Shown one piece after another: positions 1 through 10,878 of a DNA stretch of 64,000 nt. The position numbers were made by a program, and so were the translations under genes. The notes under the pieces were generated by a model. The model was not told where the DNA came from, searched no databases, and was given only the letters and a program-made list of their open reading frames with translations. This DNA comes from Azolla caroliniana (Eukaryota > Plantae > Polypodiophyta): NCBI GenBank assembly GCA_043228905.1, contig JBHGNT010000020.1, positions 6,324,001 through 6,388,000 of the forward strand, given 5' to 3'. Positions within the stretch are counted from its first letter, which is position 1. Each line of letters opens with the position of its first letter.

Positions 1-512
1 ACAACAACCCGAAGAGACACGCAACGACTGGGATCTATTACGGGCAGCCATGATTCGGAATTTTGCTCATCAAGACTCCCGCCAGACGGCCCTACAACAA
101 CTTGAGTCAATTACCCAACAACCACGCGAACCCATCACCCAGTTCGCGGTTCGTTTTGTGCAGATCCTACGCCGGGCTGACGCCAACATGTCGGAGGACA
201 TGAAGTTTTTTTTTTTCTAGCCGCGTATACGACATGACCTCCGCCGCCGTGTACGCGATCCAGGCCCGACGACACTACATGAAGCCATCCTCACTGCCCA
301 ACGCATCGAAGCTGCAGACGCGCACGACATGCACACACCAGGTAATCTCAGTCATGATCATACAAACACTATACCAGCCGTCACTCCCATGGACATCGAC
401 ATCCAGAACGCGCAGTTACGTGCCAAGCGTGCATTGCCCGAACGAGACAACCAGGGACGCCCCAAATGTTTCTACTGCAACAACTATGGCCACATTCGGC
501 GTCACTGCCGAA
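1..512 (+). pseudogene. gag: gag remnant of Ty3/gypsy element C (retrotransposon gag + CCHC knuckle), cut by insertion of element A
   Basis: TPMDID motif and CFYCNNYGHIRRHC zinc knuckle in ORF 329-562. The frame continues in phase on the minus strand from 22055 (RKWQNHQQ...LLEN*). Confidence 0.85.
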
Positions 513-974
513 TGTTACCGGCCGGCAAGGAGTCCAAAATACGGAGTGAAGGAATTAATTAGATATGGTTGTAAATGAGCAAAGTGTGGACGGGAATTAA
601 TTAGATATGGTTGTAAATGAGCAAAGTGTGGACGGACGGACTGGAAACGGTATGCCGTTCCAGATCCGGACGGATCCCGAATAGGTGCGAGAGGCACCGT
701 TTTGTACTACGGGCCGGAAACCTATTTAAAGGCCCGGACCCTATTGTAATGACAGCGGATAATTAGTAGAGCTTATGTTGTTTATACTTCTGTCTTGATT
801 TCCGTTCTGTAATCACTGTTATATCTTACGCGTGTAATTAACCAAAGCAATCTAATAGTGTAACCCACGTAAGTCGGTGTAATCGTTGAATCTTAATCCT
901 ATGCCGTAATCACCCTTTGGTGAAGTGTCTCCGTGACACCTTGTGTTAGGCCTTGTCCGGCTAAGAGAATAACA
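513..974 (+). repeat. 5' LTR of element A (contains 2x ~42-bp tandem repeat at 551-634)
   Basis: tgttaccggcc...gagaataaca, matches 10007-10468. Preceded by ccgaa. Confidence 0.96.
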
Positions 975-980
975 CAGTTT

Positions 981-990
981 TGGCGACCAC
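981..990 (+). promoter_or_regulatory. Primer binding site of A, probably tRNA-Arg
   Basis: tggcgaccac 6 nt after the LTR, identical in A2 (33869-33878). Matches the 3' end of tRNA-Arg(UCG) as recalled. Confidence 0.7.
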
Positions 991-1025
991 GATTCCTGCT
1001 TTCCCGCAGCGAACGACGGTAATGG

Positions 1026-4000
1026 ATGACTAGACCAACGCACGACTTGGTTACAGACCGAGCTCGACGTCTCGCAGAACGGCAAAGACGGCGTGAGACT
1101 TTCCAGCAAGCAGCGCAGGAAATTCGCTCGGATCGTTCGTTCTCCAACGAGATCCGGAGAGTCGCGGAGGAATCTCTCCGGTTACGGCAAACTCGCGACC
1201 AGGACGACGGAAGCAGTCTAAGTAGTCTCCGGGAAACCGAACGACTCCTGGAGGCGCTGGCAAGCGGAGAAAACGAGGCAGAAGCCTTTTCAGCCTACGA
1301 ATCGGATTCCGAAGGGGGATACAACGTGCACACGAACTACCGGAGCAGCAACGATACCCCCGGCGGCCCGGAAGACGACGGGTCGGATACCGTGCCGACT
1401 CCAGAACCGGAACCGCTCAACCAGGGCTATCCGGAACCGCAAACGGAAGCCGTCAACCCACCAACACCGGAAGTGGAAGAAGCAAAGCCACCAACACCAA
1501 CGAAAGAGCCGGCAAAAGAACCGGAAGAAGGACCGGCAGAAGAACCGGAAGTGGAACCGGAGAAAGAACCGGAAAAATATCAACAAACGCCACTAAACCG
1601 CGGCTTAATATTGGACGACGACATGCCGTTCCAATACTCAAAGTACCGCGATGATCCGGATGCGGAAGCGCATGTGGATGACTTCGAGCAGACATGGGAA
1701 GCAAATCACACGTCCCAGCGAATGACACCGGAGGAAGAAGAACGCTCGAAGATAGCGGAATTCGGAGTCACATTGGAGGGACCAGCGACACGATGGCGGC
1801 GGTCGCAGGACCCGGCAACCATCACAACATTTGCAGAATTAAAAGCAAAATTCTTGCATTTTTTCCACAAGGAGGTCGACCAGACGACAATGGTGGGCTT
1901 GTTTTATACGATCCGGCAGGAGGCAGGGGAAAGCATTCCCCAATTCGTCATCCGTTTCCAACGAATGCATAGCCAGCTTGCCCGTGCACCCCCGGAGGAG
2001 GAATTACGGACGATATTTTTAAACGCACTCCGGGAACCGTTACGCACGGTGTGTACGGTGATCGACTTTCGAGGATGCACCATCGATCAGGTCATTGACC
2101 GGGTCAGAGAAATGGAAAAGACAAGCTCATGGCTTACGCTGGGAACACTGCAACGGGCGTTACCCACCGAGGAAGATCTCCGGTTCCGGCAGGCAATTCA
2201 ATGCACAATCTGCTTGAATGCCGGACACTCGGCAGTAGAGTGCACCATGCGCACTCAGTGTGTGATTTGTCAATCCAAGAGTCATACAACGGACCGGTGC
2301 GAATATAACCTGTTAAACCGACAAGCACCACCCGTCCGACGAATCGAGCCAAGAAGCAGCCAAGACGAAGAGGAAGATCGTTGGCAAAAAATGAACCGGT
2401 ACCAACCGGCACAGGATGTCCGGTACGGAGACAGGCAAGAGAATGATGGCCGGTACGGGAATCGGCGTGATAACTACGACCGGTATGAGCGATCGGACCG
2501 TTATCGAGAGCCCAACAGGCGACACGAGCAATACGACAGAGACCATTCCCCTGGTTACCGAAGGCACCAGGAGGACTACGGCCGATTTTACGATCCACCA
2601 CGACCGGACTACCGAAATAAACATAAGAATAATAAGAAACGTAATTTCAAGAAAGGTGGTCACCCTAGGGACCCGGAACATGGAACCCCAAGGAGCCAAC
2701 CGGCACAGAACGCACCACTCGCTACGGGACCGGCTCCGGCTACCAGCAATGCTGAATCCAGCAATACCCGTAAAGAGTACTGCTACTACTGCAGGCAGGA
2801 AGGCCACTACAGTAACCAGTGCCCGGTAAAGAGCTACGAGAAACGACCAGCAGTTAATATGGTGGTTCCGGAAGTGGCGGATTTACAGCAAGTAACCACA
2901 CGGTCGAAAGGCATGGCCAAAGAATGGGAAACACAAGAGGACATACGAAAACAGGCGACGGAATGGGTGAAGGAAGCCAATGAAAGAAACGTCGCGGACG
3001 CGGAACGGCAAAAGGCGAAGACCATAGGGAGTGCCGGCGGTAGCCACCCAGAAAACGAGACATGGCAAGCACTACAAGAATGTCAGATCACGTTACCACT
3101 AGGAAGACTCTTGCAGCTCGTGCCGCGATTCACAGAAGGACTAAAAACGGTCATGACAGACGGTATAGCTCCACCGGCACCAGTCCTTTTCTCGAATCCG
3201 GAGGAGGGACCGACGGTGGTGGACACTAGTAGTCCGGTGATCACAGCTATTGTCAAAGGGCATGAACTTCCCGGCACAGTAATCGATGGAGGTTCCGGAG
3301 TGAACGTAATAAGCCTTCGCACGTGTGATGCCTTGGGTATACATGAATGGGAGCCATGTCCGTTCTGGCTACGGATGGCGGATACGAGCTCTGTACGGCC
3401 GACGGGCTTAATACGGAAATTGGAAGTCACCATAGGAGGCCACACATTTCACATCTCGGCTGTAGTGCTGCAGCTACAGGCGCAAGGCGCGTACCCACTG
3501 CTGCTGGGCAGACCATGGTTGAAAACAACACACATCAAGCAAAATTGGCGAAAAAATATGATTACCTTCCGGCGCGGAAAAGCCAAGGTCCGGGTACCGA
3601 CACAACCACGGACGAGCAACGGTAAGGAATGCACACCGCTGTATGCGGAATGTGTGAACATGCTTGAAGGATTGGCGGACGACGAAGAAGCCCAGTACTT
3701 GGAGGAACATCCGAAGATCGTACCACTCTTCGAGATTGACGTAGCTGAAGCCGTAGCCGCATACTTGCCGCAGCGGGACGACACCGAAGCCGAACCAGAC
3801 AAAGATGCGATTCGGGAATTACGGCAAGCACAGGAAGCGTTGGAACGGGAAATGGCCGTTTCCCAACGGGTAAAAGCATCCCAGCTCGACGAAGTGAACC
3901 TAGGAAGCAAAGACGAATCAAAGCCGGTACACATCGCCAAAGAAATGAAGCCGGAAGATAAAGCGGCGATGATCAAACTTCTCACGGAGTTTCGCGACGT

Positions 4001-4058
4001 ATTCGCCTGGTCATACGAAGACATGCGAGGGCTGGACCCTCAATTATATCAGCATTAG
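1026..4058 (+). CDS. gag: Gag-protease polyprotein of element A
   Basis: 1010-aa ORF. Retrotrans_gag-like core, three CCHC knuckles (CTICLNAGHSAVEC, CVICQSKSHTTDRC, CYYCRQEGHYSNQC), aspartic protease VIDGGSG...LLGRPWL. Confidence 0.93.
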   Translation: MTRPTHDLVTDRARRLAERQRRRETFQQAAQEIRSDRSFSNEIRRVAEESLRLRQTRDQDDGSSLSSLRETERLLEALASGENEAEAFSAYESDSEGGYNVHTNYRSSNDTPGGPEDDGSDTVPTPEPEPLNQGYPEPQTEAVNPPTPEVEEAKPPTPTKEPAKEPEEGPAEEPEVEPEKEPEKYQQTPLNRGLILDDDMPFQYSKYRDDPDAEAHVDDFEQTWEANHTSQRMTPEEEERSKIAEFGVTLEGPATRWRRSQDPATITTFAELKAKFLHFFHKEVDQTTMVGLFYTIRQEAGESIPQFVIRFQRMHSQLARAPPEEELRTIFLNALREPLRTVCTVIDFRGCTIDQVIDRVREMEKTSSWLTLGTLQRALPTEEDLRFRQAIQCTICLNAGHSAVECTMRTQCVICQSKSHTTDRCEYNLLNRQAPPVRRIEPRSSQDEEEDRWQKMNRYQPAQDVRYGDRQENDGRYGNRRDNYDRYERSDRYREPNRRHEQYDRDHSPGYRRHQEDYGRFYDPPRPDYRNKHKNNKKRNFKKGGHPRDPEHGTPRSQPAQNAPLATGPAPATSNAESSNTRKEYCYYCRQEGHYSNQCPVKSYEKRPAVNMVVPEVADLQQVTTRSKGMAKEWETQEDIRKQATEWVKEANERNVADAERQKAKTIGSAGGSHPENETWQALQECQITLPLGRLLQLVPRFTEGLKTVMTDGIAPPAPVLFSNPEEGPTVVDTSSPVITAIVKGHELPGTVIDGGSGVNVISLRTCDALGIHEWEPCPFWLRMADTSSVRPTGLIRKLEVTIGGHTFHISAVVLQLQAQGAYPLLLGRPWLKTTHIKQNWRKNMITFRRGKAKVRVPTQPRTSNGKECTPLYAECVNMLEGLADDEEAQYLEEHPKIVPLFEIDVAEAVAAYLPQRDDTEAEPDKDAIRELRQAQEALEREMAVSQRVKASQLDEVNLGSKDESKPVHIAKEMKPEDKAAMIKLLTEFRDVFAWSYEDMRGLDPQLYQH

Positions 4059-6866
4059 ATCCACTTAGGCAAGGACGCGAAACCAGTGGCGCAACGACGA
4101 TACCGAATGAACCCCAACTACGCCGCCAAAGTAAAAGAGGAAATCGACAAACTCCTAAGAGTGGGCTTCATCCGGCCGGTAAAGAAAGCGACGTGGCTGA
4201 GCCCCATCGTCGTCGTCCCCAAGAAGAACGGTAAAATCCGTGTGTGTGTTGATTACAGGAAACTAAATGCCGCCACAATTACGGATGCATTCCCTCTTCC
4301 GTTCACGGACGGAATACTGGATGCCGTCGCCGGTCATGAAGTTTATAGCTTTTTAGACGGGTTCAGCGGGTACAATCAAATCCGGATGCACCCGGACGAC
4401 CAGGAAAAGACAGCGTTCGTCACCGAATGGGGGGTGTTTGTGGCCGAAGTCATGATGTTCGGCCTAAAAACGGCACCAGCAACGTTCCAGCGAATCATCA
4501 TGGAGATCTTCGGCGAATACATTCCTGCCTTCATGCAAGTTTTCCTGGATGATTTTGCAGTTTATAGCCGGGGAAAAGACCATTTGCAGCACCTACGGTT
4601 ATGCCTTGAAAAGTGTAGGTTATACCGGCTAAGCTTAAACCCAACAAAATGCATCTTTGGGGTTTCAAGTGGAATATTGCTGGGACACATTGTAAGTAAG
4701 GAGGGCATTGCGGTCGACCCGGACAAAGTAAACGCCATACTAGGGGCACCGGCGCCGAAAACGGCCAAAGCACTAAGCCGATTCTTAGGACAAATCCGGT
4801 GGCACAGCCGGATGCTCCGTCACTTGGCGGACTTGGCGACACCATTACACACCGCGGTACATCGGACACCGTTCCAATGGACGGATACGGAGGATAAGGC
4901 ATACAATGCCCTGAAGGTACTTTTATCGCAAGCACCCGTCGTGCAGCCTCCGGATTGGAGCAAGGAATTTCATGTGTTCGTGGACGCTTCCGACATCGCT
5001 ATTGGCAGCGCCTTAATGCAACTTACGGAGCCTAAATGGTACCGGCCGGTATATTACGCCAGCCGGAAGCTGTCCCAAGCGGAGAAGAACTATTCAACGA
5101 CGGAACGGGAGGCTCTGGGCATGATCTACAGTGTAACAAAGTTTCGTCACTACCTATTGGGAAGGAAGTTCTCCTTCCATGTGGATCACTCGGCGCTCCT
5201 GTACTTAGTTTCCAAGGCGTCCCTGACCGGTAAGTTGGCCCGTTGGACCTTACTGTTGCAGGAGTTCGAATTCGAGATTTTTCACCGGCCCGGTATCCAG
5301 CATGCCGTAGCAGACTACCTGAGCCGGTTAGAGTCCGGAGAACCAGGCGACGGAGTAGCGGATGAATTCCCGGACGCGGAGTTATTCCGTATCACCCCGG
5401 AAACGGTAGCGGACGACACGGTGGCATCAGAAGATAAATGGCTGACAAACATGCACCAGTTCCTAAGCACGGGCCTGCCACCGGAGGAAATGAACCGGGA
5501 CGAGAGGAAACGACTGGCGGTGCAGAGCCGCAATTTCTGTCTGTTACGGGACACTTTCTACCACAAAGGAGCAGATGGAATATGGAGACGGGCAGTCCGT
5601 AGTGACGAGAAAGAAGTAATCTTACGGGAAGCACACTGTGGGGTTGCCGGAGGACACTATGCCGGGGAAGCGACGGCAAGAAAGGTATGGCAGAGCGGCT
5701 TATGGTGGCCCACGACGCTAAAAGATGCCGTGAAGTATGCTAAGGAATGTGACCTATGCCAACGAATGGGCCAGCCTACGGAGCAAGCACGGATGCCACA
5801 CCAACCGGTACTTCCACTAGAGCCATTCCAGAAGTGGGGGTTGGATTTTGTCGAACCGTTCAAGCCACCGGCAATGAGAACGGGTAATCGTTATGTCATC
5901 GTGGCAACGGATTATTGCACTAAATGGGTGGAAGCTAAGGCCCTGAGAGACAACACCGCGTCATCCACAGCAAAATTCCTGTACGAAAACATTTGGTGCC
6001 GATATGGATGTCCGATTGAATTAATCAGCGACCAAGGAGGCCACTTCCTCGGCCAGGTAGTGGAAAGCTTAACAACGTTCTATGCCGTGGTCCATAAAAG
6101 AAGCACACCGTATTACCCACAGGCGAACGGGTTAGCAGAGTCCACCAACAAAACGCTGCAGAACATTCTCCGCAAAATTGTCAATGAAAACCGGACGGAC
6201 TGGGACACAAAGCTCCATAGTGCGCTATGGGCGTACAGAACGGCATACAAAACGAGTATCCGGACAACGCCGTTCCGGTTAGCATTCGGCTTAGAAGCGG
6301 TCATGCCGGTCGAGTTTCAGGTACCAAGCTTACGGATCCAACTACGGGAACGACTGAATGAAAAGAAGTCGGAGGAAATACGGCTAGCAGCACTATGCGA
6401 ACTGGAGGAGCAACGGCTGGCCAGCATCCTACACATGGAACTGGAGCAACGACGACGGAAAGCGTTCGTTGACCGTCACCGGAAAGGTAATGAGAAGATG
6501 TTCGAAATCGGAAAGCCGGTGCTAGTATTCCAAACAAGGATGGGCAAGATGCCGGGTAAACTCCGGTTCAGATGGACAGGCCCGTATTGGCTGACACGGG
6601 AATACAACGGGTCCTATCAGATAGGGACACTTGCCGGGGAAGTAGTAGGCAAGTGGGTGAATGGATTTCGACTAAAGCCCTATAAAGGACCGATGCCAAA
6701 GAACCCGTTTATGCAGCTCACCGGCACTATACCGGGAACCTGTCCGGGATCGGTACGGATCGATCCGGAAGAAAAAGACGACGGGGAACCCGTAGTAGAG
6801 ACGAAGGAAGACACGGCAACCCGTAAGGAAAACGGTCAGGGTCCGAAGGGACCTACGGATGTGTAA
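4059..6866 (+). CDS. pol: Pol (RT-RNaseH-integrase) of element A, same frame as gag after one TAG
   Basis: CVDYRKLN, LDGFSGYNQI, FLDD, VDASD, HHCC zinc finger, D-D-E core (WGLDF, ISDQG, NGLAE), WTGPY. Confidence 0.95.
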   Translation: MHLGKDAKPVAQRRYRMNPNYAAKVKEEIDKLLRVGFIRPVKKATWLSPIVVVPKKNGKIRVCVDYRKLNAATITDAFPLPFTDGILDAVAGHEVYSFLDGFSGYNQIRMHPDDQEKTAFVTEWGVFVAEVMMFGLKTAPATFQRIIMEIFGEYIPAFMQVFLDDFAVYSRGKDHLQHLRLCLEKCRLYRLSLNPTKCIFGVSSGILLGHIVSKEGIAVDPDKVNAILGAPAPKTAKALSRFLGQIRWHSRMLRHLADLATPLHTAVHRTPFQWTDTEDKAYNALKVLLSQAPVVQPPDWSKEFHVFVDASDIAIGSALMQLTEPKWYRPVYYASRKLSQAEKNYSTTEREALGMIYSVTKFRHYLLGRKFSFHVDHSALLYLVSKASLTGKLARWTLLLQEFEFEIFHRPGIQHAVADYLSRLESGEPGDGVADEFPDAELFRITPETVADDTVASEDKWLTNMHQFLSTGLPPEEMNRDERKRLAVQSRNFCLLRDTFYHKGADGIWRRAVRSDEKEVILREAHCGVAGGHYAGEATARKVWQSGLWWPTTLKDAVKYAKECDLCQRMGQPTEQARMPHQPVLPLEPFQKWGLDFVEPFKPPAMRTGNRYVIVATDYCTKWVEAKALRDNTASSTAKFLYENIWCRYGCPIELISDQGGHFLGQVVESLTTFYAVVHKRSTPYYPQANGLAESTNKTLQNILRKIVNENRTDWDTKLHSALWAYRTAYKTSIRTTPFRLAFGLEAVMPVEFQVPSLRIQLRERLNEKKSEEIRLAALCELEEQRLASILHMELEQRRRKAFVDRHRKGNEKMFEIGKPVLVFQTRMGKMPGKLRFRWTGPYWLTREYNGSYQIGTLAGEVVGKWVNGFRLKPYKGPMPKNPFMQLTGTIPGTCPGSVRIDPEEKDDGEPVVETKEDTATRKENGQGPKGPTDV

Positions 6867-7254
6867 GGTCACACACCGTCATTAAAAATTTAAAAAAAAA
6901 AAAAAAAGAAAAAAAAAAGAAGAAAATCATTAAAAAATCGAGGTATGAACGGGTGTGAAAGCGAGGCGCGAAAAGGTACGTAGTGGGCATTTAAGAGACG
7001 CCACGCTACTTAATACTAAATTGGTACACGACGTGTGCATGCTCGAAAAAGGCGCCAAAACGCACAAAGAAGAAGCAGAACGCATGGAGACCTTTTCATT
7101 TCGCGAGCCAAGAAGCACAGAAGCACCAAGACAGTGGAAGCTGAGCAAACGCGAACCTGCACGCAGAGAACCCCCGCGCTCAGAACGCTCTCTCTCTCTC
7201 TCTCACTCTCATCACCACTCTACCTCGCCATCTTCCCTCGACCTTGAAGCAGAC

Positions 7255-9954
7255 ATGGAACCACAAACGCTGTCGGAAGCGGCCAGGAAATGGTTCAGGC
7301 AAAACGGACTGGAGGGGTTCTTGGCCATCATGGAGGCACCGCCGCACAGAGAAGCCGACCAGGTCATCAAGGAGCTCGCCACAGAGGTCATCACCGAGGA
7401 AGCGATCCGCGCGCTAACAGGCCTTCCGGAGGGAGGAATCTTTCAGATCGATAACCCAACCTCGGAGCAACTCACCCGATATTTCGGTGAGTACTCTGTT
7501 GCCGGCAAAGGCTATCGGACGCAGGGCGGCGAAGATCCGCTATTCAGGGAGATAGCTCGAGTGCTCCATGAGTACGGTCACGTGTACCCCCGACCCCCTG
7601 TCATGCCAAAAAATCGGGCAGGGATGATCATAGCCACCTATGAAGGGGTCAAGGTGGACTGGCCGGTGTTGATTGCAGACGGGTTGTGCATGGCAATCGA
7701 CATGGTACGAGGGAAGGACGGCAAGGAGGGCCGGAAGCTGTGGCACGCCGTAGCTCAATGGATAACATTGCTCGTGCCGCCGGTCGAGACCGTCCAGCCA
7801 AAGAAGCGGCCAAGAGTATCGGAAGGAAGCACCTCGAAACCGGCGTCCAAACGACAGCAGCTGCTGGCGTCGAAGGCGACGAAAGGGAAGAAACGGGCCC
7901 CAGAACCGGAGGAGGTGTCACCGGTCCGACCCGTCAAGATAACCTTACGGAGACCAGGACAGAAGGAACCGGAACCCTTGACGGCACAGAAACATGCCGT
8001 GACACAGGAAGAGGAAACGGAGGAGCCAGAAGAGCACCTCCAACGACGGTCAAGAAGTAGGACCGCCGAGACAGGAGGGGAGCGGTCGTACCCGCGAGAG
8101 GCAGAAACGCCCCCAACTCAACCTGAGCAAACCACAAGGGAAGAACCGGAACCGGTGCGTAGAGAACCGGTCTTGTCGACTTCTATAGAAGAAGTCAGTC
8201 CAACGGCTCCGGAGACGGCGAGAACCGGAACTCAACAGCCGGCGAGCCCAGCCAGAGCACACGGCGGCCAAGGAGTAGAACCAGAACGGCATATGCAGGC
8301 AATCAGGCCAGACAATTCCACAGTGAATGAGCCGACCCGACCAGTACAGCAACAGGGCACTAGTAGCATGTGGCTACGGTGGGTAGGCGAGCAAATCGCC
8401 GGAGTGGTCGAGTATATAGAGGCGGAAGAGAGAGCGCACCAGGAACGGTTGCTCGTCACAACCGTAGATCTAGAGACGGCCCGGTCCAGAATCCGGAGCC
8501 TTGAACAAGACTTGGACAGGGTCACAAGGGAAATGGCGCAAGTGGCTTTGACAACACAAGTCCAAGCACCGGTGACTCCGGGCAATGTACAGAATAAAGC
8601 GGCGGATCAACCTGTACATAGCAATCAGACCCCGGCAACGGAAACCGTTCCGGAGAGAAATGCGTCACAAGCCCAAGAGCTTGCGGATTTAAAGGATGAG
8701 CTTGCTGCCCAAGAAGCGCTGAGGAGCCGCGAAAGAGAATTGAAGATGGCAGCGGAGGCGGAACTCAAAAAGACTGCGGAGAATCTACGCCGGGCCGAGG
8801 AGGGCTTACGGAAAAGCCACCAAGCGTACGACCGGCTCAAGGAGGAGAAGGAGAAAATGCTGCAAGAGAAGGAGAGGCTCCGGAGGAACGCCGAAACAGA
8901 AGTAGAGCGCCTGAAAGAGGAACTCCGGCAGGTAAAGGACCGGGAGGACCGGAACCATCGCCAGATCAACGGCAAGCTCAAACAAAAAACGGAGGAATTT
9001 GAGCAATTGCACCGGGAGTATAAACGGTTGCAAACGGAGCACAAGGAACAGACGGATGAGCTCCGGCAAGCAGTTGATCGGACCGCAACCGCATTCGCTA
9101 AGGAACAAGCGGAAAACAGAAGACGGTTGGAAGAGGCGGAGAAGGTTCGGACAGAGCTCCTCAGGCAACAGCAGGCGGAAAAAGAAAGAGCGGCGGAGGT
9201 ACTGCAGAGGCTGCAAACGACATATCAAGGGCAGCTGACGCGCTACAGGGAGCAGGCGGAGGATACGGCAAATCTCATCAAGCAGTTGAAGGAGGAGCGA
9301 CAAGTGGTGGAAAGCAGAGCACAAATGGGAGCAAGTCGCATCCAGGATATTATGCGGGCCTGGTTGAACCAGACCAAGAGCTTGATTGACAACGGGTCCG
9401 TCAAATGGTGGACCAAGTGGGCCACGAACGCGGCGGAACTCCAATTGCTCCGGGCTGACGTAGAGAACCGGCGGAAGGAGGGAGATGATTGCTATATGCT
9501 GACTTCCGAAGACTTCACCGGCATAAGAGATGAGCTTGCCGAAGACTTTCAAGCCTTGGCAGAAGACCAATTAGAGCAAGTCCGGCAACTTGTAGCTCAG
9601 TTGGACGACGACAGGCTGGAGGCGCAGATCCAATTTGAAAGCTACGAGAGGTCCCGGATCCGGGGAGAGAAAGAACGAGAACCAGTTACGGTCAACCTCA
9701 GTGATGAGGAACCGTTACTGGAAGGAGACCGGACCGGAAGCAGTCAAACGGAGATGCCGGAGCCAGAGAGACAAACGGAGCAGCCGGAGTCAGCGAAACA
9801 AACGGAGCAGCAGCAGCAAGCAGAGCAGCCGGAGCAACCTCAGTCCCAACCGCAACCACAGCAGCAGCAGCAAGCACAGCCGCAACAACCACAACCGGAA
9901 GAACAAGTGGAAATTCTTGAACAAACTATTTTGGACAATTTGGGTGAACAATGA
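7255..9954 (+). CDS. Extra ORF3 of element A: N-terminal domain, P/E-rich linker, long coiled coil, Q-rich tail
   Basis: Frame open from 6955 to 9954. The ATG at 7255 follows a CT-rich leader (alternative ATGs at 7039 and 7084). Lies between integrase and 3' LTR. Confidence 0.85.
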   Translation: MEPQTLSEAARKWFRQNGLEGFLAIMEAPPHREADQVIKELATEVITEEAIRALTGLPEGGIFQIDNPTSEQLTRYFGEYSVAGKGYRTQGGEDPLFREIARVLHEYGHVYPRPPVMPKNRAGMIIATYEGVKVDWPVLIADGLCMAIDMVRGKDGKEGRKLWHAVAQWITLLVPPVETVQPKKRPRVSEGSTSKPASKRQQLLASKATKGKKRAPEPEEVSPVRPVKITLRRPGQKEPEPLTAQKHAVTQEEETEEPEEHLQRRSRSRTAETGGERSYPREAETPPTQPEQTTREEPEPVRREPVLSTSIEEVSPTAPETARTGTQQPASPARAHGGQGVEPERHMQAIRPDNSTVNEPTRPVQQQGTSSMWLRWVGEQIAGVVEYIEAEERAHQERLLVTTVDLETARSRIRSLEQDLDRVTREMAQVALTTQVQAPVTPGNVQNKAADQPVHSNQTPATETVPERNASQAQELADLKDELAAQEALRSRERELKMAAEAELKKTAENLRRAEEGLRKSHQAYDRLKEEKEKMLQEKERLRRNAETEVERLKEELRQVKDREDRNHRQINGKLKQKTEEFEQLHREYKRLQTEHKEQTDELRQAVDRTATAFAKEQAENRRRLEEAEKVRTELLRQQQAEKERAAEVLQRLQTTYQGQLTRYREQAEDTANLIKQLKEERQVVESRAQMGASRIQDIMRAWLNQTKSLIDNGSVKWWTKWATNAAELQLLRADVENRRKEGDDCYMLTSEDFTGIRDELAEDFQALAEDQLEQVRQLVAQLDDDRLEAQIQFESYERSRIRGEKEREPVTVNLSDEEPLLEGDRTGSSQTEMPEPERQTEQPESAKQTEQQQQAEQPEQPQSQPQPQQQQQAQPQQPQPEEQVEILEQTILDNLGEQ

Positions 9955-10006
9955 AGGGGCCGAGAAGGGTTCGACGTACAAGGTACTGTCCCACGGGCGT
10001 GCCATG

Positions 10007-10468
10007 TGTTACCGGCCGGCAAGGAGTCCAAAATACGGAGTGAAGGAATTAATTAGATATGGTTGTAAATGAGCAAAGTGTGGACGGGAATTAATTAGAT
10101 ATGGTTGTAAATGAGCAAAGTGTGGACGGACGGACTGGAAACGGTATGCCGTTCCAGATCCGGACGGATCCCGAATAGGTGCGAGAGGCACCGTTTTGTA
10201 CTACGGGCCGGAAACCTATTTAAAGGCCCGGACCCTATTGTAATGACAGCGGATAATTAGTAGAGCTTATGTTGTTTATACTTCTGTCTTGATTTCCGTT
10301 CTGTAATCACTGTTATATCTTACGCGTGTAATTAACCAAAGCAATCTAATAGTGTAACCCACGTAAGTCGGTGTAATCGTTGAATCTTAATCCTATGCCG
10401 TAATCACCCTTTGGTGAAGTGTCTCCGTGACACCTTGTGTTAGGCCTTGTCCGGCTAAGAGAATAACA
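10007..10468 (+). repeat. 3' LTR of element A
   Basis: Direct repeat of 513-974. Followed by acgag. Confidence 0.96.
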
Positions 10469-10878
10469 ACGAGCCCGAGAGCTCCCCGGATGGCGGCTTG
10501 GCTGCAGACTGCTGTTGTAACCTACCCTAGCTTGGTCCGGCTCGAACCGTGAATGTATTCCTCCTTTTATATATATACATTTGCGTCTGTCAGTGTATAT
10601 TGGTGTCTCTGTTGGTGTCGGGTGCTTCCCCTTTTCCTGCGTTTCCTGTACATAAGGGCGTGAGTCGGGTCGGCCTGTGTGTGTGTGTGTGTGTGTGTGC
10701 GCGTGAGTCGGCGTCAAACGCGCGCTCCCTCTCTTTCTCTCTCTCCCTTTAGTTGCTTCCGGTGTGCTTCTGGGATGCCCCGGAAACGGTGAAGCACGAC
10801 TTCCTACGCTCCGTCACTCCTTAGTCCAAGACCCCCGTGGTCCCGCCTTTCTCCACGCACGCACGTAACAATGCGACA
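10469..10878 (+). repeat. Distal half of the 3' LTR of element B, displaced by inversion
   Basis: Reverse complement of 26820-27230. Ends gcgaca, followed by 4-bp TSD acga. Confidence 0.92.

Larger units (their letters stand above)
513..10468 (+). mobile_element. Element A: young full-length Ty3/gypsy non-chromovirus LTR retrotransposon with extra 3' ORF
   Basis: Two apparently identical 462-bp TG...CA LTRs, PBS, gag-PR, RT-RH-INT, third ORF. No chromodomain seen. Confidence 0.96.

Noticed and set aside
7255-9954. Retroviral env or host SMC/myosin gene
   Set aside because: No signal peptide, transmembrane helix or ATPase motif is seen, and the ORF is intronless and inside the LTRs.
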